Part shown: positions 53,041-61,135 of the stretch, piece by piece
How positions within the stretch are numbered: position 1 is the stretch's first letter
Layout of the letters: every line of letters starts with the position of its first letter
Assembly (NCBI GenBank): GCA_041662965.1
Contig: JBAZRI010000003.1
Span: 1,331 to 65,330, forward strand
Length of the DNA: 64,000 nucleotides
Source of the DNA: Patescibacteria group bacterium
Lineage (GTDB): Bacteria; Patescibacteriota; Patescibacteriia; Patescibacteriales; GWC2-42-12
Reading direction: 5' to 3'
Program-made: the position numbers and the translations under genes
The notes under the pieces: generated by a model
Told to the model about the DNA's origin: nothing
The model's input: the letters and a program-made list of their open reading frames with translations, nothing else
Databases searched by the model: none

Positions 53041-55935
53041 TTAAATCACAATATTAATCAGCTTCCCTTTAATAAATATTATTTTCACCACTTCTTTTCC
53101 CTCCAGCCATTTTATGATTTTTTCGCTTGCCAAAGCGATTTTTTTTGCTTCATTTTCGCTAATATCAGCCGAAACTTCAATCATATCGCGCACTTTGCCG
53201 TTTATCTGAATAACTAAATTAATAGTTTCGTCTTTAACCATCACCGGATCATATTCCGGCCATTTTTCTTTAAAAATACTTTGCTTATACCCTAACCCGG
53301 ACCACAGCTCTTCGGCCAAGTGCGGCGCGAACGGACTTAGAAGTATCAAATATAAAGTATAGTGTATTGGATATATTTTCTCTTCTTTCTCCAAAACATT
53401 AGCTAATATCATTAAAGCGCTAATTGCTGTATTAAATCTTAAATTTTCAATATCTTCAGTAACCTTTTTAATGGTTTTATTGACAATTAATTCCAACTTT
53501 TTTTCTCCTCCTTGATACTTTATACTTGATACTTTATACTGCATTTTCCAGATTTTCTCTAAAAATCTAACCTGGCCGATAATGCCTTTAGTATTCCAGG
53601 GCTTCATGTCTTCAAGCGGCCCCATAAACATTTCAAACAAGCGCAAAGCGTCGGCGCCGTACTGCTTTACCACGTCGTCAGGGTTAACCACATTACCTAG
53701 AGACTTGGACATTTTGCGGCCGTCTTCGGCTAAAATTATGCCTTGATGCCTTAATTTCTTAAACGGCTCGTCAAAATCAATATAGCCCAGATTATGCAAA
53801 ACTTTGGTAAAAAAACGGGAATAAAGCAAATGCAAAACCGTGTGTTCGGCGCCGCCGACGTATAAATCAACCGGCAGATATTTTTTTATCATGGCTTTAT
53901 CCGCGAAGGCTTTTTTATTGTTCGGGTCAGAGTAGCGGAAATAATACCAGGACGAGCAGACAAAAGTATCCATAGTATCCGCTTCCCGGCGCGCCGCGCC
54001 GCCGCACTTCGGGCATTTTACTTTATGAAAACTTTTTGATTTCATTAAAGGCGACTCGCCGGTTGGCATAAAATCCACGTCAGTCGGCAGTTTAACCGGC
54101 AAATCTTTTTCCTTGACCGCGACCTCGCCGCATTTAGCGCAATAAATTATGGGAATCGGCGCGCCCCAATAACGCTGGCGCGATACCAGCCAATCGCGGA
54201 TTTTATAATTTACTTTTTTAAAGCCGATTTTTTTCTCCTCCAGCCAGGCGGTGATTTTTTCCCTCGCTTCTTCCGAGGTTAGGCCGTTATATTCGCCTGA
54301 CTCAACTAAAATTCCGTCATCGCAGTAAGCAAAATCGCCGTGAAAATATTTTTTCCAGGCGAATTGCTGATTTTCAACGTTAATAAAAGATTCAATCTCA
54401 TTCTCCGGAATCCAAACTGCTTCATGCCTATCTTTCTCATTTTGATCAACAATCTCTTTTTCTTCATTCTCTAAATCAAAAATAAGATAATAAAAATGCG
54501 CGATTACATTTGAGCCTTTATGCGGCCTATAAAATTCGGCGTAGGTGGAGCCAGGAATTTGTTTTACGAATTTTAAATTTTTGTAGCCGGTCTCTTCTTT
54601 AATTTCTCTTAGCGCGGCGCCAACCAAGCCTCCTCCGTCAATCCCGCCGGTCGGAAAAGATTGCCAGCCGGTTATGCTCCATTTTAGGCAAAGATATTTA
54701 TTATCTTTCGGATTCTTTACGATAGCGCAAACTACTTCGCGTTTTTCCGTCTCCTTATCGGCTTTCGCCGGATTTTTTTGATCCAGCCAATAAGGAACAA
54801 TAACATTTTTTATCGGCAAATTATATTTCTTGGCGAATTCAAAATCACGCTCATCATGCGCCGGCACGGCCATAACCGCGCCGGTGCCGTAATGGGCTAA
54901 AACATAATCGGCCGCGAAAACCGGAATAGTTTCATTATTAAAAGGATTGATTAATTCCACGCCCTCTAGCTTAACGCCGGTTTTTTCTTTAGTATCGGCC
55001 ATTCTCTGCAGTTCGGTTTTCTTTTTAGCCTGGTTAATATATTCTTCCACTTCCGGCCAATTAGTAATTTGATTTTTTAGATCCTGAATCAACTTATGCT
55101 CCGGAGCTATCACGGCATAAGTCATACCGAAGACCGTATCTAAACGAGTCGTATAAACTCTAATTCGTAATTCGCAATTCGTAATTCGCAATTCAAATTC
55201 CGCGCCAGCGGATTTGCCGATCCAATTTTTCTGCGCCGCTTTAGTTGATTCCGGCCAGTCAACTTTATCAAGACCGTCTAGCAAGCCCGAGGTAATGCGT
55301 TTCTCGGCCTCCGTAGCTTTAGCGAAGGACGGCTCTATAAAATCGGTAATCTTAAAAAACCATTGCTCCAGATCTTTTTGACTCACCGGGTTTTTACAGC
55401 GGTCGCAAACTCCGCCCTCGGCCTGCTCATTAGCCAAAACCGTGTGGCACTTACCACACCAATTCACCTTGGCCTTATTTTTATAAGCCAAGCCGTTTCT
55501 GTATAGCAAAAGAAAAAACCATTGCGTCCATTTATAATAATCCGGATCGGAAGAATTCACTTCTCTGGACCAATCATAAGAAAAGCCCATCATCTTCATC
55601 TGCTTGGTGAAATTCTCAATGGCTTTTTCAGTGGTGATTTTAGGATGGGTTTTCGTCTTAACCGCGTAATTTTCCGCCGGCAGGCCGAAAGCATCCCAGC
55701 CCTGCGGATGCAAAACGTTTTTGCCTTTCATCCTTAAATAGCGCGATATAATATCCGTCGCCGTGTAGCTTTCTACGTGGCCGGCGTGCAGTCCGTTAGA
55801 CGACGGATAAGGGAACATATCCAAAATATATTGTTTGTCCGCCCGGCTTTTATCGTCGGCCTGAAAAAGCTTCGGCTGTTTAGCCCAAAATTTTTGCCAT
55901 TTGGCTTCTATTTTTTTGTGATCATACTTTTCCAT
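53041..55935 (-). CDS. leuS: leucyl-tRNA synthetase with an inserted Nudix-like domain
   Basis: HAGH (HIGH), KMSKS, editing-domain edges TTRLDTVFGMTYAVIAPEH and YGTGAVMAVPAHDERDFEFAKKY, and RDWLVSRQRYWGAPIPI. At 964 aa it is longer than the roughly 800-880 aa I recall as typical. Confidence 0.95.
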   Translation of the reverse strand: MEKYDHKKIEAKWQKFWAKQPKLFQADDKSRADKQYILDMFPYPSSNGLHAGHVESYTATDIISRYLRMKGKNVLHPQGWDAFGLPAENYAVKTKTHPKITTEKAIENFTKQMKMMGFSYDWSREVNSSDPDYYKWTQWFFLLLYRNGLAYKNKAKVNWCGKCHTVLANEQAEGGVCDRCKNPVSQKDLEQWFFKITDFIEPSFAKATEAEKRITSGLLDGLDKVDWPESTKAAQKNWIGKSAGAEFELRITNCELRIRVYTTRLDTVFGMTYAVIAPEHKLIQDLKNQITNWPEVEEYINQAKKKTELQRMADTKEKTGVKLEGVELINPFNNETIPVFAADYVLAHYGTGAVMAVPAHDERDFEFAKKYNLPIKNVIVPYWLDQKNPAKADKETEKREVVCAIVKNPKDNKYLCLKWSITGWQSFPTGGIDGGGLVGAALREIKEETGYKNLKFVKQIPGSTYAEFYRPHKGSNVIAHFYYLIFDLENEEKEIVDQNEKDRHEAVWIPENEIESFINVENQQFAWKKYFHGDFAYCDDGILVESGEYNGLTSEEAREKITAWLEEKKIGFKKVNYKIRDWLVSRQRYWGAPIPIIYCAKCGEVAVKEKDLPVKLPTDVDFMPTGESPLMKSKSFHKVKCPKCGGAARREADTMDTFVCSSWYYFRYSDPNNKKAFADKAMIKKYLPVDLYVGGAEHTVLHLLYSRFFTKVLHNLGYIDFDEPFKKLRHQGIILAEDGRKMSKSLGNVVNPDDVVKQYGADALRLFEMFMGPLEDMKPWNTKGIIGQVRFLEKIWKMQYKVSSIKYQGGEKKLELIVNKTIKKVTEDIENLRFNTAISALMILANVLEKEEKIYPIHYTLYLILLSPFAPHLAEELWSGLGYKQSIFKEKWPEYDPVMVKDETINLVIQINGKVRDMIEVSADISENEAKKIALASEKIIKWLEGKEVVKIIFIKGKLINIVI

Positions 55936-55978
55936 AATGCGTTTATTTTATCCTAAAATTGGCGAAAAGGCAAATAAA

Positions 55979-56422
55979 TTATTTTTTATAAATCAACCAA
56001 TTCTTTTTATCTTTCAGCCTGACTAATACATATTCTCCTTTTAATTTTTTACCAACTAAATTAAATTTCATACTGCCCCGCTCCAGACTGCCGTCAAGCG
56101 CCTGCCATTTACCCTGATCATAAATTTCTACCGTGCCGGCGCCGTACTCGCCTCGCGGAATCACGCCGGAAAAATTTATATAATCAACCGGATGGTCTTC
56201 AACTTCAACCGCCAATCTTTTAACCCCGGCTTTTTCCGGCACGCCTTTAGGCACGGCCCAAGATTTTAAAACTCCGCCGTGCTCCAACCGAAAATCATAA
56301 TGCAAATGGCTGGCTTGATGCTTCTGTACTACAAAACGCGACAAATTCTGTTTTTTCACCGCGCCTTTCGGCTCGGGCGTCACGAAAAATTTTCTTTTGG
56401 CTTGATACTTTTCTAAAGCCAT
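55979..56422 (-). CDS. stand-alone LigD-type 3'-phosphoesterase domain protein
   Basis: FVVQKHQASHLHYDFRLE..GVLKSWAVPKG.........LAVEVEDHPVDY..F.G.IP.GEYGAG.V.I.D.G matches the LigD PE domain as I recall it. Confidence 0.85.
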   Translation of the reverse strand: MALEKYQAKRKFFVTPEPKGAVKKQNLSRFVVQKHQASHLHYDFRLEHGGVLKSWAVPKGVPEKAGVKRLAVEVEDHPVDYINFSGVIPRGEYGAGTVEIYDQGKWQALDGSLERGSMKFNLVGKKLKGEYVLVRLKDKKNWLIYKK

Positions 56423-56447
56423 ATACTTAATTATATTTATAATAATT

Positions 56448-56546
56448 GCTTGGGCTAAATTTGGTAAAATTTTCGTACGAGGACTGTTTGAGGCAGCGTA
56501 GCTAGCCGAGTTCCGCAGTAGAAAATTTTATAAATTTAGCCCAAGC
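56448..56546. repeat. nested palindromic repeat, copy D
   Basis: gcttgggctaaatttggtaaaattttcgtacGAGGACTGTTTGAGgcagcgtagctagcCGAGTTCCGCAGTAGaaaattttataaatttagcccaagc. Confidence 0.85.
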
Positions 56547-56642
56547 TTCATGTAGTTAATAATTTTATAAAAGCAGGCTTAATCCGGATAAAGGACTAAG
56601 CCTGCTTGAAATATAAGCGGAGATTATCCGGCTCTCGCAACC

Positions 56643-57254
56643 TTACTTTTTATTGCCATTACGTATTTCGTCCTTAATCATCGGAGCGATTACTTCTCTA
56701 TGAAAGTTAAAAGCGCAAAAAACCGCTACGGCAATGACGGTAGTCCATAAGCCGTCCTTATTGCCTTCGGCTGATTGGCAAAAATGAGTGGTCTTAAAAA
56801 TATTGCCGCTGGAAATATAAATCTGTTTTCTTTCATCCCAGGCTTTGTCCGGGTCAAACTCAATGCCTAAAGTCGTGGCTAACATGGTCGCGGCCAAATC
56901 TTCGGCGTATTCGCCGGTCTTTTTCGCCACTTCGCCGAAAGAATGGTGCTCGGATAAATAGCCGTAATTATTTTCATCGCTCGGCTTGGCTAAGCCGATG
57001 GCGGCCGAAACCAAGCGGTTAGGCTCGTTGGTCTCGCTTTTGGCCATAACGCAAAAAACTATTTGGCCGGGATAAAGCATTTTTTCGCCTTTTTCCTTGG
57101 AAACAACATGGCAATTAGGCGGAAAAATACTGGAGACAGTCACTAAATTGCATTTTTCAATGCCGGCATTTCTTAAAGCTCGCTCAAAAGAAGCCAGCTT
57201 GTCCTTATGGACGCCGACCCCTTTGGTAAAAAACATTTTCTTTGGTGTGAACAT
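56643..57254 (-). CDS. pdaD: pyruvoyl-dependent arginine decarboxylase
   Basis: FFTKGVGVH...[24 protein letters not shown] contains the self-processing Ser-Ser site typical of PvlArgDC. Start trimmed to ATG 57254. Confidence 0.85.
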   Translation of the reverse strand: MFTPKKMFFTKGVGVHKDKLASFERALRNAGIEKCNLVTVSSIFPPNCHVVSKEKGEKMLYPGQIVFCVMAKSETNEPNRLVSAAIGLAKPSDENNYGYLSEHHSFGEVAKKTGEYAEDLAATMLATTLGIEFDPDKAWDERKQIYISSGNIFKTTHFCQSAEGNKDGLWTTVIAVAVFCAFNFHREVIAPMIKDEIRNGNKK

Positions 57255-57330
57255 ACTCTTTTCTTTCTTTTTTATTATTAAGTAAAAAAACAAACGCCTG
57301 ACAGCGTGGTTTAATTATACAGCTTTCAAA

Positions 57331-57468
57331 TTATTTTGCAATGATTATTTTTTGCAGCTTTTTTACGGCCGCTCCGCTGACCCGCATGCGTTTTCTTTTT
57401 CTTTTTTCTCGCGCCTTAAGCCGCTTTTCCATTTCCCGCTCCAGTTTGTCCAAACTTTGTTTATTCAT
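57331..57468 (-). CDS. possible small basic protein (45 aa)
   Basis: My own translation: MNKQSLDKLEREMEKRLKAREKRKRKRMRVSGAAVKKLQKIIIAK. It is below the ORF-track size cutoff and I identified no SD. Confidence 0.3.
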   Translation of the reverse strand: MNKQSLDKLEREMEKRLKAREKRKRKRMRVSGAAVKKLQKIIIAK

Positions 57469-57638
57469 AAATAAATGTTATAATATTTATACCCCATAAA
57501 TCTACAAATCAACTACGAATATGCAAATATTTTATAATATATTTTTCTATTATTCGTAAATTTGTAGCAGATTTGTAGATTTGCGGGAGAGATATGTGTT
57601 AGTTAATTTAATGATAAAGCTAATCTCAATAAATTTCA

Positions 57639-58367
57639 ATGATAAATATTACTAAGCCATTCTATAAAACTTGGTGGGGCGCGGGTTTAGCCGTTATTTT
57701 AACCGCGATTTTAATTTTTATAACGGCAATCGGCTTTTATTTTTTTGCCAGCGTGAAAAAATCTAAATTAGAAATAAGCCAAACCGGCCTGAAATTAAGC
57801 GGACAGCAATATAGCGCCGCCGACGGCGATCATTATTGGCTGAGCGCGGACAAAGCTAAAATTACCATAGTTGAATTCGGGGATTTCGCTTGTTCGGACT
57901 GCGGAAATGCTTTTTATACCATTAGAGAAATCAGCTTAAAATACAAAGACGACGTAAAATTGATTTGGCGCGATTACCCGGCTCAAATATGCTCGGATAT
58001 TTTAACCTTGGCGGGTAGATGTACCGGCGAACAGGGCTTATTCTGGCCTATGCATGATAAGTTATTTCAAAACCAAACCGCCATAATTTCCTTGATCAAT
58101 CCAAACGAAAATCAATGCAGCAACGACGATAAGATAAAAATTACCGAACAATTACTAATTTTAGCTAACCAGATCGGCGTTGATACAGCCAGATTTAACG
58201 ATTGCCTAACCAAGCAAAAATATCTGCCGCAAATTCAAAAAGACCTGGCGGACGGCCAAACCTTCGGCATTACCGGCACGCCGACCTATTTTATCAACGG
58301 CTATAAAATTGCCGGCGATATACCGTATGATGTGTTTATTAAAATAATTGAGGAGCTTAAAAAATAA
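57639..58367 (+). CDS. DsbA-like thiol:disulfide oxidoreductase, membrane-anchored
   Basis: N-terminal TM helix, thioredoxin-fold CxxC (FACSDCGNAF), and GTPTYFINGYKI. Confidence 0.8.
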   Translation: MINITKPFYKTWWGAGLAVILTAILIFITAIGFYFFASVKKSKLEISQTGLKLSGQQYSAADGDHYWLSADKAKITIVEFGDFACSDCGNAFYTIREISLKYKDDVKLIWRDYPAQICSDILTLAGRCTGEQGLFWPMHDKLFQNQTAIISLINPNENQCSNDDKIKITEQLLILANQIGVDTARFNDCLTKQKYLPQIQKDLADGQTFGITGTPTYFINGYKIAGDIPYDVFIKIIEELKK

Positions 58368-58376
58368 TTTTATATT

Positions 58377-58916
58377 ATGATACAAATCAGAATCCACGGC
58401 CGCGGCGGCCAAGGTGTAGTAACGGCCGCGGAATTAATCGCTATTGCCGCTTTTAAAAGCGGAAAGCAAGCGCAAGCTTTCCCTTCTTTCGGCGTGGAAA
58501 GAACCGGCGCTCCGGTGGAAGCTTACGTCCGCCTGGATGATAAGCCGATCATAATCAGAGAGCAGATTTACCGACCGGACATCTTAATTATTCAAGATGC
58601 CAGCCTGCTTGAAACTACTGATATGGCCAAGGGCGCGACCAAAAAAACCATTACTATTATTAATACGGCAAAAAACAAACAGGACATGAAAATTAATCTG
58701 CCTCAAGCCAATATTCAGACGATTGACGCCACTAAAATCGCTTTGGAAATAATCGGTAAAAATATCGTTAACACGGTAATCTTGGGCGCTTTCGCTAAAA
58801 TAACCGGCTTAATCGGCCTGCCAGAGCTTAAACTGGCAATTGAAGAAAAATTTTCCGGCAAGCAAAATTTAATTGATAAAAATATTAAAGCCGTGGAAAA
58901 GGCTTACCGAATATAA
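58377..58916 (+). CDS. porG: 2-oxoacid:ferredoxin oxidoreductase gamma subunit
   Basis: IRIHGRGGQGVVTAAELIAIAAF and SFGVERTGAPV. Confidence 0.88.
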   Translation: MIQIRIHGRGGQGVVTAAELIAIAAFKSGKQAQAFPSFGVERTGAPVEAYVRLDDKPIIIREQIYRPDILIIQDASLLETTDMAKGATKKTITIINTAKNKQDMKINLPQANIQTIDATKIALEIIGKNIVNTVILGAFAKITGLIGLPELKLAIEEKFSGKQNLIDKNIKAVEKAYRI

Positions 58917-58926
58917 TTTATTTTAT

Positions 58927-59184
58927 ATGAAAATCACCGTTCAGCCTTCTACTTCCATAACAAATAAAACCGGCTTCTGGCGCACCAACCGGCCGAAATT
59001 TATATATGAAAAATGCACCTCTTGCGGCATCTGCACGCGTATTTGCCCCGAAGGCGTAATCAAAAAATTTTCAGATAAAGCCAAGCCTTATTATGATTGC
59101 GATCTTGATTTTTGCAAAGGCTGCGGCTTATGCGCCGTTGAATGCCCGTTTAAGGCCATAGAAATGGAATTAGACGAAAAATAA
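58927..59184 (+). CDS. porD: 2-oxoacid:ferredoxin oxidoreductase delta subunit (2x[4Fe-4S])
   Basis: CTSCGICTRICP and CKGCGLCAVECP. Start trimmed to ATG 58927. Confidence 0.85.
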   Translation: MKITVQPSTSITNKTGFWRTNRPKFIYEKCTSCGICTRICPEGVIKKFSDKAKPYYDCDLDFCKGCGLCAVECPFKAIEMELDEK

Positions 59185-59193
59185 AATTATTTT

Positions 59194-60423
59194 ATGGACA
59201 ATAAAAATAAACAACAAATTTTAGAAGGTTCCAACGCCATAGCGCAAACTATCAAGAATATTAAACCGGCGGTTGTTTCCGCCTACCCGATTACCCCGCA
59301 GACCCATATTGTTGAAGATCTGGCTAAATTTAAAGCCGATGGAGAAGCGAATTACGAATACGTGCGCGCCGAATCTGAATTCGCGGCCGCTTCTATCGTC
59401 TTAGGAGCGTCAGCCGCCGGCGCGCGCGCTTACAGCGCCACCAGCTCGCAAGGGCTTCTCTTAATGGCCGAGGTTATTTATAATATTGCCGGCATGCGCC
59501 TGCCGATTATTATGACTTGCGCTAACAGGGCCGTATCAGCTCCCATAAATATCTGGAACGACCAGCAGGATGTTATGGCGGTTCGGGACGCGGGCTGGAT
59601 TTTACTCTTCGCGGAAAACCACCAGGAAGCGGTCAACCAGCATATTATGGCTTTTAAAATCGCCGAGCAGTTGAAATTGCCGGTCATGGTTAATGTTGAC
59701 GGCTTTATTATGACGCATAGTTATGAGCCGGTGTTTATCCCAACGGCCGAGCAGATTAAAAAATATCTGCCGGATTATAAGCCTGAAACCGGCCAATATT
59801 TAGACGCGGCCAATCCGGCCACTTTGGGCGCTTTAGCCACGCCGGCGCATTATATGGAAATCAGGCAGGAACTGCATGACGATTTAATTTCCAGCTTAAA
59901 AATTATAGATCAAGAATATAAAAAATATAAATCATTAATTGGAAATTGGAAATTGGAAATTGGAAATTTGGAGAATAAATTAAAAAATAAAATTGATAAT
60001 GGTTTAATTGAATACGTAGGTCCAGATAAACCTGATACAGTCCTTGTAGCCATGGGTTCGGTCTGCGGCACTATTAAACAAACCGTTAGCGAGCAACCGG
60101 GAAAACCCCTCTCCTTACTAAGGAGAGGCGGGGGTGAGGTTGGCGTTTTAAAAATAAAATGCTTCCGCCCGTTTCCGGAAAAAGAAATTTTAAATATTCT
60201 TAAATCCGCTAAGCATATCGCGGTTTTAGATAAATCCATTTCTTTAGGGCAAATCGGCTGTCTGGCCTCTGATATTAAAGCTATCGCCCAAGGCAAGATT
60301 AAGGCTAATATTTCAAATTTTATAGTTGGCCTGGGCGGGCGGGACATAACCGGGGAAATGATTAAAAAAATAATTAAGCAAGCGGGCAAAAATATTAATG
60401 GAGCGATATTTGTTGGAAAATAA
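59194..60423 (+). CDS. porA: 2-oxoacid:ferredoxin oxidoreductase alpha subunit
   Basis: GSNAIAQ...AYPITPQT...ESEFAAASIVLGASAAGARAYSATSSQGL. It contains two in-frame repeat insertions, at 59938-59972 and 60106-60141. Confidence 0.9.
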   Translation: MDNKNKQQILEGSNAIAQTIKNIKPAVVSAYPITPQTHIVEDLAKFKADGEANYEYVRAESEFAAASIVLGASAAGARAYSATSSQGLLLMAEVIYNIAGMRLPIIMTCANRAVSAPINIWNDQQDVMAVRDAGWILLFAENHQEAVNQHIMAFKIAEQLKLPVMVNVDGFIMTHSYEPVFIPTAEQIKKYLPDYKPETGQYLDAANPATLGALATPAHYMEIRQELHDDLISSLKIIDQEYKKYKSLIGNWKLEIGNLENKLKNKIDNGLIEYVGPDKPDTVLVAMGSVCGTIKQTVSEQPGKPLSLLRRGGGEVGVLKIKCFRPFPEKEILNILKSAKHIAVLDKSISLGQIGCLASDIKAIAQGKIKANISNFIVGLGGRDITGEMIKKIIKQAGKNINGAIFVGK

Positions 60424-60433
60424 TAATAATTTT

Positions 60434-61132
60434 ATGCTAAAATCCTTTCCTAAAATCCTAACTATCTTTTTCTTGGCGGTTTTCATTTTCCAGCTGGCCT
60501 GTTTAATTTTTCTCTTTGCTTTGCCGCAAGCCGGCCAGGCGGCCGACCCGGCTAAATTCACGCCGCAAGTCGGCATAGGCACGGATTTTCAAGCAGGAAC
60601 ATCATATGTGCCTGACGGCTCAACCGCGATGATAGGGCAATATATCAGAGCGATTTATAAATACGCTATCGGCATAGTCGGCATTTTAGCCGCCGTGGTT
60701 TTAATGATCGGCGGCGTGATGTGGATTGTGGCCGGCGGCTCGTCCACCATGATCGGCGAAGCCAAATCCTGGATCGGCGCTTCGCTTACCGGTTTGGTTT
60801 TAGCCTTAATGTCATATTTAATTTTAGCCACGATTAACCCGGCCTTGGTGGATTTAAAAACTACGGAAATTAAAAAAGTTACATCGCCAACACAAACTAG
60901 TCTTGATGCCTCAGCTCCCTTAAGCGGTAATGGGACTAACTGTTGTGACGGAAATAACGATACTCAATGTTCATCCGGATATATATGCAACATGTATATG
61001 ACAACCAGCGCTTGTATGGGTAGAGGTGTCTGCGCAGTAAAACAAAACTTAAATGGGCAGTGCGGTGAAAATAATGATTGTGTCAGCAATAATTGTGACG
61101 CAGGTACTTTGGCAACACATAGATGCCAATAA
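60434..61132 (+). CDS. T4SS-pilin-like domain protein with a Cys-rich C-terminus
   Basis: YIRAIYKYAIGIVGILAAVVLMIGGVMWIVAGGSSTMIGEAKSWIGASLTGLVLAL. C-terminus CCDGNNDTQCSSGYIC...GQCGENNDCVSNNCD. Start trimmed to ATG 60434. Confidence 0.7.
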   Translation: MLKSFPKILTIFFLAVFIFQLACLIFLFALPQAGQAADPAKFTPQVGIGTDFQAGTSYVPDGSTAMIGQYIRAIYKYAIGIVGILAAVVLMIGGVMWIVAGGSSTMIGEAKSWIGASLTGLVLALMSYLILATINPALVDLKTTEIKKVTSPTQTSLDASAPLSGNGTNCCDGNNDTQCSSGYICNMYMTTSACMGRGVCAVKQNLNGQCGENNDCVSNNCDAGTLATHRCQ

Positions 61133-61135
61133 AAT

